The position numbers and the translations under genes are program-made. A DNA stretch of 58,033 bases, counting the filler, from Asterionella formosa (lineage: Eukaryota), in assembly GCA_002256025.1 (NCBI GenBank). It is 7 parts of 7 records of this genome, joined end to end, with 100 filler letters (N's around TTAATTAATTAA, not from the genome) between each part and the next. Parts side by side here need not be neighbours in the genome. Positions count along the whole stretch, not along the records: positions 1 to 8,208 come from NKIB01012299.1; positions 8,309 to 16,512 come from NKIB01012300.1; 5 more parts are not named here. One strand, written 5' to 3'. The notes beneath the pieces are model-generated. The model saw only the letters and a list, made by a program, of their open reading frames with translations, was not told where the DNA came from and searched no databases. This document shows positions 1 through 13,869 of this stretch, piece after piece (the first letter of the stretch is position 1; the number at the start of each line of letters is the position of its first letter).

Positions 1-85
1 GTCCCATCAAAATCAATACGCAGGTCGAACATCCTTCATTGATACCTCATCCATTTATTGCAACTAGCTATCGCTATCACTCACC

Positions 86-393
<308 letters not shown>

Positions 394-1050
394 GGCGAAA
401 CGGACCGGATGGCACCGGAAAGTGACAAAGCCAGAGTCAGTGGATTGCACTCAAGTTGGCGCTAAAAATGTAAAAGAGTTTCATATTGTTCATATCGAAA
501 ACGATGTAAATAGGGTGCAAAATTCTCGTCCCAGTTACAAAACAGTGCATCAATAATTAATCCTCAAGTACTTCTCCCTTGTTGCCTTTTCCCAGCGCTT
601 CACGATGCTGAAGACACTTGTTTCGATGCTACGATGCCGATTCGCCAATCCTCCACATCGTAAATCGCATTGAGTGTAATTTTAGTAGTGTCGTTGGGGT
701 CATCTCACCCTAAGAGTTGTTTTCACCTGCCACTGTTGCTTGAGGAATATAGGCGACAATGTCCCCAAAATTGCTAAAGCTTTTGTTCTTCTCCCTCTGA
801 ATATGAGACTAAAAAAAGCAAAAAGACAGGTAAAGAATCATTAATTATTGTATGTGTGAAGTTGAGGAAAATTGAGCAGCTAATTCGATTCAAGAGTGAT
901 AGATCAGGAAACAAGACACTACTGTTAGGGGAACAGAAATTTATTGACTTACCTCAACTTGAAAGTTGTTATGGAAACTTTATATAGTTGAGTATAAGTA
1001 GCTCAAATGAAGCCTTGTCAACTCTATGTTTTGGAATAGAGTGAGCTAAA

Positions 1051-2010
1051 TGTTAAAGGATGAAGTAGAGGCTAGGAGTTGTTGCCAGTTGACAACAGTC
1101 AATTTGGAGAGAACGGAAGTTTTTAAAAGTGGATTGACAATGATGGACCAAACTGTTGTGGGACAGGAAATCAATAAATGGGATTAACAACAGTCCTGGC
1201 AGTACTGTTGAGAGACAGGAAGTTAGTAATAGTGGAGTAGCCATGATGGGCCAGTTGACCAGTGACTAAAAAGGTCATGTGAGAACCAAATTTCTGGAGA
1301 GATATAAGCTGGTATTCTACTCCCCCTCTCAGCTGAGAAAGGCAGGGAAATGTCACAACTACAGACAAGTTTGCAAATAGCTGTAAATTTCTCAGCAACA
1401 AGATCTTTGGTAAAAATGTTGGCAGGGTTGACTGCCGTGTCAATTTTTAGGATGCTGTGTAGCATGCCAGGTAGGACATATTCACATAACTGATGGTAAG
1501 CAACATCAATGTGCTTGGTACAGGGAGTCATTTTTGGGAGATTGGCTTGGAAAAGACATGCACTGCTGTATTCATAAATGGTAGAGTAAGAAGTAAGAAC
1601 AGCAAGGGGGCCAGCCACATGAAGAGCAGGAGAAGCCTCAGTAATTATGTGTGCAACAAGGAATTAGGTCAAAGCAGCTGGTGGACATTTCCTGGTATTC
1701 AGCCTGCATGATAAAAAGGATAATAGTGGCTTGTATTTCAGAAACCCATAAAAGGGCACAGCCAGCAAGAGTGATGACATAGGCAAGGGTCATTCAAGTT
1801 TTCGTCACCAAAATGACCAGCAAAGTCACTGTCAACAAAACAGTCGATTATAAACTCCAGTGTAGGTGTAAAAATGATACCCTGATGTAGAGTTCCACAC
1901 AAATAATGGCGAATTTTCTGTGGTGCTCTCGCTCTGCAACCTACAGGTAACCACAAAGGTGGATATCTCTTTTTTGCCTTACTACAGGAGAAATCCTTAA
2001 TCAACATCAC
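1051..2010 (-). mobile_element. Degenerate Ty1/copia retrotransposon 3' end (RT/RNase H remnant, PPT, probable 3' LTR)
   Basis: Minus-strand fragments FVDSDFAG and TKHIDVAYH...KIDTAVNPANIFTK are copia RNase H motifs. Polypurine tract GAGAGGGGGAG at about 1330-1320. A possible LTR runs 1319 to 1051 and ends TTTAACA; the LTR limits are tentative. Confidence 0.8.
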
Positions 2011-2013
2011 TGG

Positions 2014-2745
2014 ATGGCTTTCCCCATGTCATCAGAAGTCATGGACCAAGTGCATGCTCTTGCACGATGCACTGATGATACCAAAACTCTTTCATTTACC
2101 CAACGTGCTGGGGTACCCATTGATGATGTCAAGGACTATGAATTGTATATTCCCGATATTGGTAACAATGATAGTAATGACGACAAAGGTGATGATGACA
2201 CCACCAATGGTGATGATCCCGCCCATACAGGATCACGCGAGATCGCAGGAGTGAGGAGTGCATAGGACATGGACATAAATGATGAACCTGACAAAATTGA
2301 CTCAGTTCAAGATCCTACAGCCCATGACCCTGATTCCACGACTGAAGTAGGAATTATGGCAGAAGACAAAACTGAAAACCAAATTGCATATGAAAATGAT
2401 GACAATCGCAATGCAGGTGACAAAATCATCAATGAAGCAATTATTGATACAAACAAGCCCACCACACCTGAAACCACAACAAAGAGGATGAGAATGAAAC
2501 TCATATGGCCAAGATATATAGTGCATGAAACAACTACTACATTATGCTCGAAAGCCCTGAGATTATGGGCATTTACATTGTAACCCTGAAAGCATTGCCA
2601 TGACTCAGCACAGCATCAAAAAGGTCTCAAGATATTTGGTGAAGCCAGGTTTGATGCAGTCATGAAAGAACTGAACCAACTACATGAACAAGGAGTGCTT
2701 GAACCTAGGACCGCCGCAAAAGGCCCACTGTCAAAAAGGAAGTAA
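2014..2745 (+). mobile_element. Degenerate copia (CoDi-like) pol fragment: integrase C-terminus, acidic linker and start of RT
   Basis: PMSSEVMDQVHALAR, then a D-rich linker, then frameshifted MTQHSIKKGLKIFGEARFDAVMKELNQLHEQGVLEP at about 2600-2706, which is typical of the region upstream of copia RT in diatoms. Stops and frameshifts present. Confidence 0.75.
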
Positions 2746-3520
2746 ATAGCCTTTGCTTCAGTGGTTGCACTAGATCGTTTTCATCCAAGTCCTGCCTGTG
2801 GGAAACCAACGAAAATCAGTGGAGATAAACAAAGCTTACTAGATAACACACAAGACAGTATCATAAACTGATTCTTTAAATAAAAGAGCAACTTAAATTA
2901 AAGATGTCACTATACTACCGGTAGCTACAGTCACAAATCCTCAAACAAATGTGGGGTGTTTTGTTTGTTTTCGTTTTGGTGTCCTCACATTTGTTTTGTA
3001 ATACAACTGGATAGACATCTAGTCCGTTTTCACTCTTCATGTTACATACCCAAACAAAATTACCATTCGTGGGATTAAACCCTTCATCAGTTGAAGGTTT
3101 TCCCTTGATGTAGGGAAGTGAGAGATCCTGCATAGCCACATCGATCTCCCTCTTTCAGAACTCTACTTTTTCATTTTCGCAATCAATCATAGCTAGCGGA
3201 AATGTTGGGTCAATCATAAATTAGATGAATTTTAAATGATACTGGAAATAGATTCAAATACTACCCGGAATTCTACTAGGAACTCTTGTCCATAGGTGAC
3301 CTAGGACATGAAAGATCGCAAATACTCAGCCGATACTCCATACTCTACAGCAGATACTCCTGACGTTCAATAATAGCGAACAAGCAAAGATTAACGAGAA
3401 ACAGTAGCCCCAACATATTTTGCTTGATTAGTTTTTATTGCGTACTTTTCTTGTGCGTCGAGACGATATCTCGAGTTTTGCACATCCACTTTCCCAATTT
3501 TTGGCACAAATAGGATTTTT

Positions 3521-6500
3521 TCAAAATCCAAAATCCGACGCAGGACTTGAGCCATCAGCTATATCACCATCCATGCCAAAGTTTTCATATTGTTTCATGA
3601 TGTCACGTTGAGCATCCAAATCAACGGTCTGCTTAACTTTCTGTAGTTCTGCCCGAGTAGCATCTTGGGCCTTTTTCTTTTTCAACTCAGCTTCTTTACC
3701 TTTCTGCAACCTCAAGACAGCTGCATTCTCTTCCTCTTCCTTTCGTTGCGCCAAAATCTCTTCACCCCGAGCAGCTGCCTCCGCGAGTCGTTGATTTCGC
3801 TCTTGCTCAGCTTCGGTGCGGATTTTTTCCTCTCGAGCCTTTCGCTCGGCCTCGCGTTCCTTAGCAGCAGCTGCTTCCTCGCGCGCAGCACCCCAATCAT
3901 CGGCATCATCCTCGCCATCATCCATGACAGCTGTTGTATTTGACGGCTTGGCCATACTCCAATTGGCTTCGAGACCTCCATTCTCATCGTCGTCCTCGTC
4001 GTCTTCGGCAGCCTCTCCAAACCCGCCGCCTAGCTCGAAGTTATCTTTGGAAGTAGGAGCGGCGGTTAACTCTTCTTTGGCCTTGACCTCGCCCTCTGAA
4101 TCGGAGTCCGAATCATCTTTGTTCCCAAAAGAAAAGAACGACGATGGGTCCGACTTGCTTTCCGGGGGCGGCGAGAGTTTAGGCTTCTTAGTTGCTGGTA
4201 GTTTCATCTCAGTCTTTTTAGTATTTGGGACCTTCTTTTTTGGGACAGCTTTTGTCTTTGGCTTCTTTGCGGATTTCACGTGCTACAATTGGAAATTTTT
4301 TAAATGAGTCTGTACAAAAATGAGAAGTTGTTTGAAACGACAATTCGACTTACCTTCATGACGTATTTCTGCAGTTTACGCTGAGTTACGGTATCAAGTT
4401 GGTCTATCTCAAGATCGATCTCTTCCTCGTCGTCATCCAGGTCTGCTGACTCTCGAATTATTTGAATCACGCCAGGAAAGTTAGAAGGATCTAACGCATT
4501 GATTGTTTCCGTCAGTATTTTTTGTTCTTTTAACGTTAAGGGCTTGTCTTCATCGGTTGGAATCTCTTCGATCACGCACTCTTCTTTCTTGGGCTTGGAA
4601 ACATGTTTCTTTTTTTCGGTCACAAGCATTGTTGTCATGGGCGGTGAGGTGAATGAATCGATAGGATTGGCATGTGAGGCAACATGCATAGGCGTTGAAA
4701 CTATGGGAGGCGCGACCGACGTCTCGTCTATTTGGTCCGATGAAAGTTCCGCAACAGCGGTGAGAGTCTTCAAAACCTGTTCTTGTAATCGTTGGATCAT
4801 CTGCATCATCACGGTGAATTCGGATCTGGTCACATGGCCACTGGGCGAAGAATCAGGTGGAGCGGCAGCAAGAAGGGCAGTCAATGAAGCAGCGTTGGCG
4901 GTGGCCATGGCCTGAGCATCAACTAGAAGTTGTTGTTTTGGACTGCTTCTTTTCTTTTTCCATGCGGTCTTATCACCCTTTTCTTTGCTCGGGTGGCCGC
5001 TGTTACCAGTACTAAGTCGCTGTACCTCCAGATCCGACATCTTGTGAGTCTTTCTGATGTTCTCAATCGATCTTTCAACATCTCGGAACTTTTGGTTGAA
5101 AAGAATTAGTAGATTACGGCCAGCTTGATGCACAACGTGAGTAGGTTCAACATTAAAAGTCATGGCATTCTCGAAGACTAAACGAACCAAACGCCCAAAC
5201 TCTTCAGGAGTCAAAATCTCGTTTGCGTCCATCTTCCTTTGAATAGTACCAAGGTCCATGGGCTCGTTAATGATTTGATAATAAGTTGGAATTCCATGCG
5301 CAACTGGATCCACAGGCTCACTGAAAAATTTCCCCGTGGAGTTATCTTTCTCGCTGACGAATTTGATGATTTCCGCACACTTGGCCATCATCCGACCTAT
5401 CTGTGCATGAGGATCATCATCTTCCAGCCGCGACGGGAGCTTGACAAGCCGTGATGACTCTCTTCGCAATCCCCCAGGCATTGCAGGACCAGATAAGATT
5501 GGAACTGGACCTGGAAGAGAAACAGGGCGGGAGACAGCAAGGGGGACAGGAGTGGGATCAGAACCCACCATGGACGATCCCCCGGGTAAAACCTTCGCGT
5601 TATCGGCTCTATGGTTCGAAGTAGGAAGCTTGGGTTTGTTTACCGCCGAAAATTTCCCTCCTGTTCCGACGGCATTACCTTGTTGCGTCCCTTGTGCCGG
5701 TACCTGTTCTGGCTTTGAGACAACTGGATACATGCGATACAGCTCGACATGGCCACTGCCCTTCCCACTCAAAATTAGGGTACCCATCAAATTAAAAATG
5801 CCGATTGAATTGATGCCTTTTCCGTAAACATTGTAAGCTCCTTGAGTGTTCTTTCGGAATTTCAGAACAATTTGATGATCAATGACAGATGTGTATTTTG
5901 TTGCTCCTCTCTTCATTTGGAATGATCCCTTGTACATGGCTGAGTCAACCGGGAATGTATTTGATCCCAGAGGAGCTGCAGACAGAGAAACAGAAGTTGG
6001 ATCAGCTGAGTCTTCATTTGTGACTTCGTCAGTCTCCCCGTTTGCCTTTTTCATGTCTCCTGCGCTTTGAGCTGCAAAATGAGGCTCCAGTCGGAAAGTA
6101 AAATTGGAGGTGTGACCATTATTGTATTGTTCTCTTGTAATACCCCACTTTCCGGAGCAGGTGTGCGCTCCATCTTCGTTCACTCGCAAAACGCCTCTCG
6201 AAACAGCAGAGTACGTTCCATGTTCAGGTTGTTCGGTCGGTTTCATGGGCTCGTCGCCAGTAATTTCAATCTGGTCTAGTCTCAGCTGGGGCTCCGGTGG
6301 TACTGCTGCTGCTGTTTTTCCAATCTTACTGGGGGCATGTAGAGGGGGCGGGATAGCCGTCACTGGCTTATCGGATCGTTCTTTAACTTTTGTTTTTTGT
6401 GGCTGAAAGTGGCGGAAAATTGTCAAGACGTTGTCGGCTGCTAAAGTCCCAGTAATGTTGTACTTTCCAAAAGCATTAAATCCTCGTCCTTCAACATTAT

Positions 6501-8010
6501 AATAACCAGCATTGTTTTCTCTGAATTTCAACACAACATCTCTTTCACTGATTTTAGTGGTTGATCCATCTTCATTCTTCAAGTCGAACCATCCAGAAAA
6601 CCGACCGCTTACTGGCCATTGTTTGTTGGGTAACGTACTCTTGTGCTCGTATTCAAAGCGGTTGCAATGTCCACGTAAGTTTTCAGGATCATCGAGAAGT
6701 AAATCCAACCCAGAAGACCACATGCCGCTTATTCGCTGCATCACTTCTGTCGCACCCAGGTCGTCAGACTGATCTTGAGTCAGCTTTCCCCGGAGACAAA
6801 CTACTTGAGATGGGTATGTTTGAGAAGGAGGCGGCATGGGTCCTACCTCCTTTTCATTCAAATCATCTTCATCCAGTTCACCATTCGGCTGACCCACAAG
6901 ACTGTGTTTTCGCTTTTTGTTCTTTTTGTTTTTCTTGGTGTCGCCGACAGCAGGTACGAGTCCGACGGCTTGAGACAGGGAAACCTCAGACGGAGCATAT
7001 CGTTTTCGGAGTTCAATGTTGTAAGTTGGGTCATCTGGATCAGTGCTCTTTTTCGCTGTTCCATTGATGTTGAAAATTCCGAATTGATTGGTTCCTTGTC
7101 CATCAACCTTAAAATCGTAGTCTTCATCGTCGACGCGGGTAAACTTGATTTTGACCCCGCTTTCCGCAATGACCTTACTACGTTCTTTTTGTTTTCCCTT
7201 CGAGGTTGTGTGAAAGTAGGCAAGACTAAAGGATCCATGAAATTCCCCATCTTTTGGCAGCACCTTGACGTCCTCGTGGGTGGCGAGAGTACGCACTAAC
7301 TCAAATCGTTGCGCTGGAAATGCATTTGAATTTTCGTAATTCCACATGCCACGAATGACATGCCTCTTCATGTCAACGTTGTACGACAAAGTACCTTTGA
7401 GCACTGGTGGTGGAGGTGCGGCTGCCGGAATCCCAGACGAATTAGCCGAACCCCCTGAGCCACCATTCAATCCTTCTGAATTGACGCTTGCAATCCGTTG
7501 TGGAGCTGCCCGTATTTTCCCCCTACTCTCCTCAACTGATTTGGTGGTCGATTCAGACTCTCTCTTGATTAAACCACTTTGGTCATTCTCTTCACATTCA
7601 GAATATTTCTTTCTATCGTCCTCGTCCTCGTCGTCATCTTCGTCCTGGTTTTCATTTCCAGCGTCAACTTCCATTGCTTCGGTATCCTGGGCATCTTCGT
7701 CGGCGTCTCCAGTTTCTTCGTTTTCTTCGGCGCTCTCTTCCGCTGTGTCTCTATCATTAACTTCGTCTTCTTCATATTCGCTTCTTTCATCAATTCCACC
7801 GACTCCTTCCTCGAGTTGAGTCCCATCCATCTCTACGCCGTTGCCAGTAGTGCCCCCCGTACGAAGGTGGGAGTTATCAAATTTGACTTCCTCCCTCGTT
7901 TCTGCCATCGCTTCGTTTCCTTTTTGTTCATGCAGTATCTTGCTAAATTCTATAGTAGATGTAGCTCCATTGTTATTGTCAGATTGTTCAGCAGAGGGTT
8001 CATTCGCCAT
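3521..8010 (-). CDS. Bromodomain plus ET-domain (BET/GTE-like) protein with three N-terminal beta-rich repeats; exons about 8010-4354 and 4282-3521
   Basis: Bromodomain FFSEPVDPVAHGIPTYYQIINEPMDLGTI...VRLVFENAMTFN and ET domain PLTLKEQKILTETINAL...EIDLEIDQLDTVTQRKL. Intron 4353-4283 (GTAAGT...TAG) joins the two ORFs in frame. C-terminal coiled coil present. Start codon uncertain (8010 or 8034). Confidence 0.9.
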
Positions 8011-8208
8011 GGGGACAGTGGCACAAAAGTGCATGGTACCAATCAGCCGCTGTTCCTGACCAAGCAATGGCCACGTGGAAAACGTGTTGATGTTGGTACC
8101 TAGGTTATAATCATCAGCGTTAAGGATATCATGGAACCTCTCGACGAGAAAGGTCCGGTAAAAGACGGTTTACGATCGGAACAAATACTGGGGGCTACAG
8201 TACCTGGT

Positions 8209-8308
8209 NNNNNNNNNNNNNNNNNNNNNNNNNNNNNNNNNNNNNNNNNNNNTTAATTAATTAANNNNNNNNNNNNNNNNNNNNNNNNNNNNNNNNNNNN
8301 NNNNNNNN
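8209..8308. other. Artificial scaffold spacer N44-TTAATTAATTAA-N44
   Basis: Six-frame stop linker flanked by 44 Ns; the identical spacer occurs six times in the window. Confidence 0.97.
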
Positions 8309-8887
8309 TGGGATAAAAGAAAGACGAACGTTGCCTATTGCAAGCCCGAATAGAGCAAAGGCAGGCAAGATAGAGTGAGAACTATATTTGTGAGGACGAA
8401 ATCGGGCATATGGTACGTAAAATCAATGAATATGTGAAGGATATAATTCAACATTTCAGGTCTCGTAAAAATGGTACCGAGTCTACAGAGATAATATTAT
8501 AACGTGTTCAAAGTAAGCGTTTAAGCATAGCTTAAACCATGCATGGTTGTTTTTAGTAGCACGTACATATGTAGACTAGATGACTGCCGGTAACCGGTAG
8601 AATATCCGTTAAGCATCATTACATACATGACCGGAGCAAAAACTTGCCACCAACATCAGATGTATCGATATCATCGTGCGTCCGACGAAATATGGACGAT
8701 GCGACTACATGAATACCTCGAGAAGACAAGCAATCCAACAATCAACTGCATCCGTTACTAGGCAAAGAATCGCTACTGGTGTCATCGCGGAACTGATTTC
8801 GCTTCAAACCGGTCATGATGGACGACGATTGGCATGGTGAAAGGTGAATTGCCGGAGTCCACTTTTCAGGAGACGAACAAAAACGAG

Positions 8888-9457
8888 GTATGACTGTGGC
8901 GGAAATACTGCTACTGGTGCCAGGCTACTAAAGCGATGCGCATGGTTGCAGCAACCAGACCATTTACTCTACATAACGATGCAGGTCTACATTGGGTTCA
9001 GCTTTTTTTCTTCTTCTTTCGGTTGTTGATTGTTGTGTGGTGATGGAAAGTCAATGTTGCCTGTGTAAGTACTACAATGATTCACAATGCATACATCTCC
9101 ATTGGAACTCTTATTTTTTATTTCATTTCTAACCCAAATTTTTTTCTATTTCTCATTTGATGCTACTTATTATATTACATCGCATTTCATACTTTGGTTG
9201 CTCCAAACATCATGTTCAATTTTCATTGATGTTGCATGTTGTTGCAATCATTCTAGTGTGTTTTAGTACGCTTGTTGTAACATCTCTATGCATATTACCA
9301 TTATTCTGGTGGTCATGCTAAAATCAGCAATTTTATTGCCGAAAAATTCGATGTGCCCCATATTGCCCTTAAAAAAATTACTTAAGAAATTACTCAGAGC
9401 CTAAAAATTACTGAGAAGTACCCGAATGGCAAGACGATAGCTGGAGCGGGAATTGCC
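8888..9457 (+). repeat. Dispersed non-autonomous DNA-transposon-like repeat, copy 1
   Basis: Aligns by eye as the reverse complement of 48871-49431; ends in GATAGCTGGAGCGGGAATTGC. Confidence 0.8.
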
Positions 9458-12400
9458 GGTATATGAGCTCATAGGTTTGTTAGTATATCGAGATAAACAG
9501 ATGTACATAGGTAATAAGGTCATGGAATGCTTCATTGTTCAACATTGTACTTCAAGCAGCACTTGCCGTTATTGATATGATTCAGATATCAGGGCGATAG
9601 CATCGTAAAAATAAGCTAACCATACTAAATATGGCTAAAAATATAATTTCTTTCCTACTTGATAAAGCTAAGGGAAAATTACACCTCAGTAATAGCCAGC
9701 AATGCAATTTTCACTTTTTCAAAAAATGACATTCACTGGTTACCGCCGTTCCTTGAGGTGCCGGATTCCTTGTGTGAATCAGGTGACAAACTGAAAGTGG
9801 TTACTCACCAGTCATCATTATTACAAATGGTAGCAAATCCGGAATGTCGTTTCAAAAACATTGTCATCACGTAGGGGCGGCAATACTTTATTTCTTAATC
9901 ATATTTATTTGCTTATATGCAAACACCCTTTATTCTCAAATTCCTCGACATCAATCATTATTTCACCCTGGCGGCACACAAAGAGGTATTCAAGTAGCTA
10001 AACGCTACTGCTCTACTGCAGTACTGTACCTTGACACTTGCTAATCAGCATGGTATCCACATTTGCCATGAAAATTATCTATTCAGGGAACATTTTGTTA
10101 AAAAAATCAAGACAATCAGGTTGGTTAAAATTTTCTAAGGCGAGAGTCATACCAACTGTTCAGGTGGGAGATGGAAAATCCCCTATAGCATCATAAATGG
10201 TATGGTTTTCCGTGGTGCTGGTGACTCTCCAGGATAACCCATGACTACTGTCATTGAGCGAAGAAACGATCTGTCCATCAAATTTACTATCATCACAAGA
10301 AATGATTCCACCTTCTTCAGAGTTATTCTTGAGTGCACATGGAACGAAAGTACCCTGTATTGTTGGCAATTTGGGTAAGTTTTCAACCGGTTTTTGCCAT
10401 CCAAAGCAAGGCAAACCTTGTATTGGGCACAACACGATTCTCTTCTACAAGTCATTTGATAATTTATTTTCCCAATTCAATATAATCTTGCCCAATAAAA
10501 TTTGAAAGAATGATCAAATACAAGGTTAATCTATTTCCAAAACCTTTGACTGCTCAAAGGAAGAAGAGAAAATTTTCAAGTTTGAAGTGGCACACTGCTT
10601 GTAGTCGAATAGATACAGAGGGAAAGGGTCGTAGCAGTTGTGGCACTAGAAGTGGAAATTATATTCCATAAATTGATGGTGATCCAATGGTTACTGCTAT
10701 TTTGCAAGATGGTGAAGCAAGCATCAGCAAACTTTGAAGAAGTCTAGATGTATATTCACTTTCTATCCAGTTAATTAATTAATATACATGTAGCTACTAG
10801 TAAATTTTGCATCTACGTCATCAATAGATTGGTGCTTCACTCTGCAAATATACAGTCAAATACAAGGAGTAATGTGCTTGCTATCTATGACCATATTATC
10901 TGTTTTGTTCTCAAAACAAACCAAGAAGTTGATTGATAATTTGTCAAAGAGAGTCAAAAAATTGGTAAATTGACTGGAGACCCAACCAATGTGGCTGGGA
11001 AGATGAGCGAATACAATCCTGTCACTAGGCTAGTACTGATGCGCTTTAAAAATTATTGCAATATTTTATATATTCAACAGATTCATATTGTTGAAATAGA
11101 AATACTATAATGATTATGTTGAAACTAGGAAATTGGAAGACAAATTCTAACAATGATATTTCAAACATGAAGAAATTTACAACTTCCATTCATATACTTG
11201 TATCATCCTGAAGTTGTAAACTAATACTTAGGTATCAGTAGGGTGGTAAAAATTGGACGGTCCAGTAGTCGCGCTATTTGTCATTGTCCGCAGTTCTAAT
11301 TTCAGGCTGCCAGCAGGGTGCTGGACAAGCTACTATGACCGACAACAAGGTGAGTTAACTATTCTAGCATATTGTCAAAAGTTGCTAGTAACTGCAAAAT
11401 TCTCATTATAAGTTTACCAGTGAAGTTTGTCGCTAAGTACAAAGTCTAGCAAAACAAAGACTATACCAGTAAAAACACAAAGCAGGAAGAAATCTACCAA
11501 TAAGTACACCTACGGAAATTCCCGGGTTCTCTTCCAGGGATAATTATACAAAGAGCGCTATATGAAAAGTGCGAAACGCAGCACCAAACGAGCTGATGGC
11601 GAGTCTCTAACTAAGTCACTGGCATCATCTTCACTACATTACACGAATGAGCTACAATTACAATGATGTCGGGATGGCAATGTAATCAAAGCATGAGTTA
11701 TTCGAAGGAAAACTGGCTTGCGCTAAAGCAACATCTAGAGAATATCAACTTAAATCTTCAGTAGTGATGAAAAACCAAAAAATAGCAGACCCAGTGTTTA
11801 ATTTGATCATGAAACAGTCAGAACAGGCAAATATTGTCGCAAAGATTGTGGCTAGAACAGAGATCGCTGTGGGATCCAATATCGATATGCCTGCACCCCA
11901 AACAGCGTCACAAGAAGAGGAAAACACCAGCAGTAGCAAGCAAGGAAGTAATGTTGCTACCATCACCACTAGCAAAACCCCTGTTAAATATTCAAAAGAA
12001 AAAGCCCAATGAAACATCAAACCATTAACTTCGCTGGAATTACAAAGGAAGGAGGATATCGACTCAGCCAGGTTCAGATCCCCTTCCAATATTCACTTCC
12101 AAATCAAGCTATCCACTTTTCCTTCTTGGGGAACTATTTCCAACATAATAACGCCATTAGCTATATAAAGCATCAACGCTGCACCAAAACAAGGAAATTT
12201 CTTGACTCCCACTCTAGGGAGTGTATCACTTCTTTTCCCGCAGTTCAGTGCCGAAAATCACCAAGTTTGTTGGGATGATACTGTGTTGGGTAGTCTGTTG
12301 AAAACCCAGGGCTAACAACAAAGCACGACTCCCTAAGTAGGTTACTCTATTAGCAATTGAGAAGTTTTAAAATGCCATACAAATGAGGTTGATATACAAA

Positions 12401-13869
12401 TTTGCCACTAAAGTTTCGATTTGGTGGTTGCTCAATACCTTGTGATCATTTTTCAGAACCTGTTTCAATTCAAGATACTGCTTCGTTTTTGAGTCGTCAA
12501 CAATAGGTGACTTCAAGACAAGACAGTGTAGGTCCAAAGAAGTTGATTCCAACTTGTCTTAGGACATGTTCATGAAGTAGAATAAAACTCATTGCAGTAA
12601 TTGCTGTCAATGGTGGAGTATCAGATTTTCTGGTGAGCACACTTGCTTGGGAGTATGCAGAGGGTGAAACAGCCAACACAGTAGTGAAGAACCACTGCTG
12701 GTGACTAGTCGTCTTGTTACTGCTGACTGATGCTGTCATGGACAACAATAAAAACAAAATATCAACAAAGTATATTTTGCAATGTACTATATTGTATACA
12801 GTATGCACACGGTCAATTAATACTGGTGCTAATCTATTGCATTGCTTACCACCAGGTGCATGGGAGAAAAGTAGTATCACCACGTAGTACATGCTGAAAA
12901 GCTGTCCTCATGACAGTGCTGGCGAAGAGATACTGAAAAACAATTGTTTACTTTATTTGCTGGTTGCGGCTGTATGTTAGTATGTGAATTTAATGTGCTG
13001 GAATAATAAATAGATGTGTATAAACTGTTCAATTGTAAACTGCTCAAATTGTCCACAAGGAAAATAATGATTGCATTTTGTTGCTTGCCTTAGAGTATCG
13101 TCTCATGTATTTTTCTTCCTTCTCAGTGGAAAAACTCCTCATGGCAACAATAAGTTGCTACACAAAATAACTAAAACTTAAACTACTTAGTAGCTTTAAC
13201 CATATTTGCACTGCGACTTTCTTCTTAGTGCACATAGATGAAACATAGAACAAACAAACCCCGGCCTGTTGAGCACTTTTTGCTCTTTCCTGACAATAAG
13301 TTTGTGCACTTGTGCACCACAACAGTCTTACCACAACTTCTGGTATGATACACATAAATACCATATTACCTGGTTCCAGGTACCTGGGAGATGGGTCAAT
13401 TCATGCATTGACCTGGAATTTCCTGCATTTCCAGAACATGGTTTCTGTTCACAATTGTTATTACGTTTATATCAGTCATGAAACAATCAAAGGACATGTA
13501 GATTTCCTTAAGACATAAATGATTACCATACATCCTCAACATAGTAGTGCTACATACACAATTTGTCAAAGCACCCACTTATAAACAGAAGAAACAAATC
13601 TCGCTCTGTAATCACATTTGTTAAGCGCTTTAAAACTACTCTAGTGCTAGTAGGGGAGCTTGCGTAGCGCTTCCTGGCATTACCAGCCTTGGTTTTCTGG
13701 AAAATTAACCATCCCAATATCAGCCCAACAGCCGTGTTGACTTTGGGCGCTGGAACGCGGGAAAAAGGGTGGATACACAAATCTAGTACTATCATGTAAA
13801 GCAATCCTAATACCACTGGTAAGCACCTCTCTCACCATGGAAGGCGATGTATATTTACAGCTTCACATC

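Noticed and set aside
557..955. Possible spliced minus-strand terminal exon (GTAAG donor near 951, T-rich acceptor near 810)
   Set aside because: All frames contain stops and no product is recognisable; at most a pseudogene scrap.
9780..10770. Minus-strand coding-like relic (ILQNSSNHWITINLW) resembling a Ulp1-type protease of a DNA transposon
   Set aside because: Only one short motif; the catalytic Asp needs a frameshift and no clear Q-x-CG motif was seen.
10771..10782. TTAATTAATTAA without flanking Ns, as a hidden scaffold join
   Set aside because: The scaffold containing it has the same length as its neighbours (8204 nt), so it is most likely natural AT-rich sequence.
11745..13830. Several short ORFs in scaffold 2
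   Set aside because: Fragmented, with no family motifs; probably decayed repeat or pseudogene DNA.
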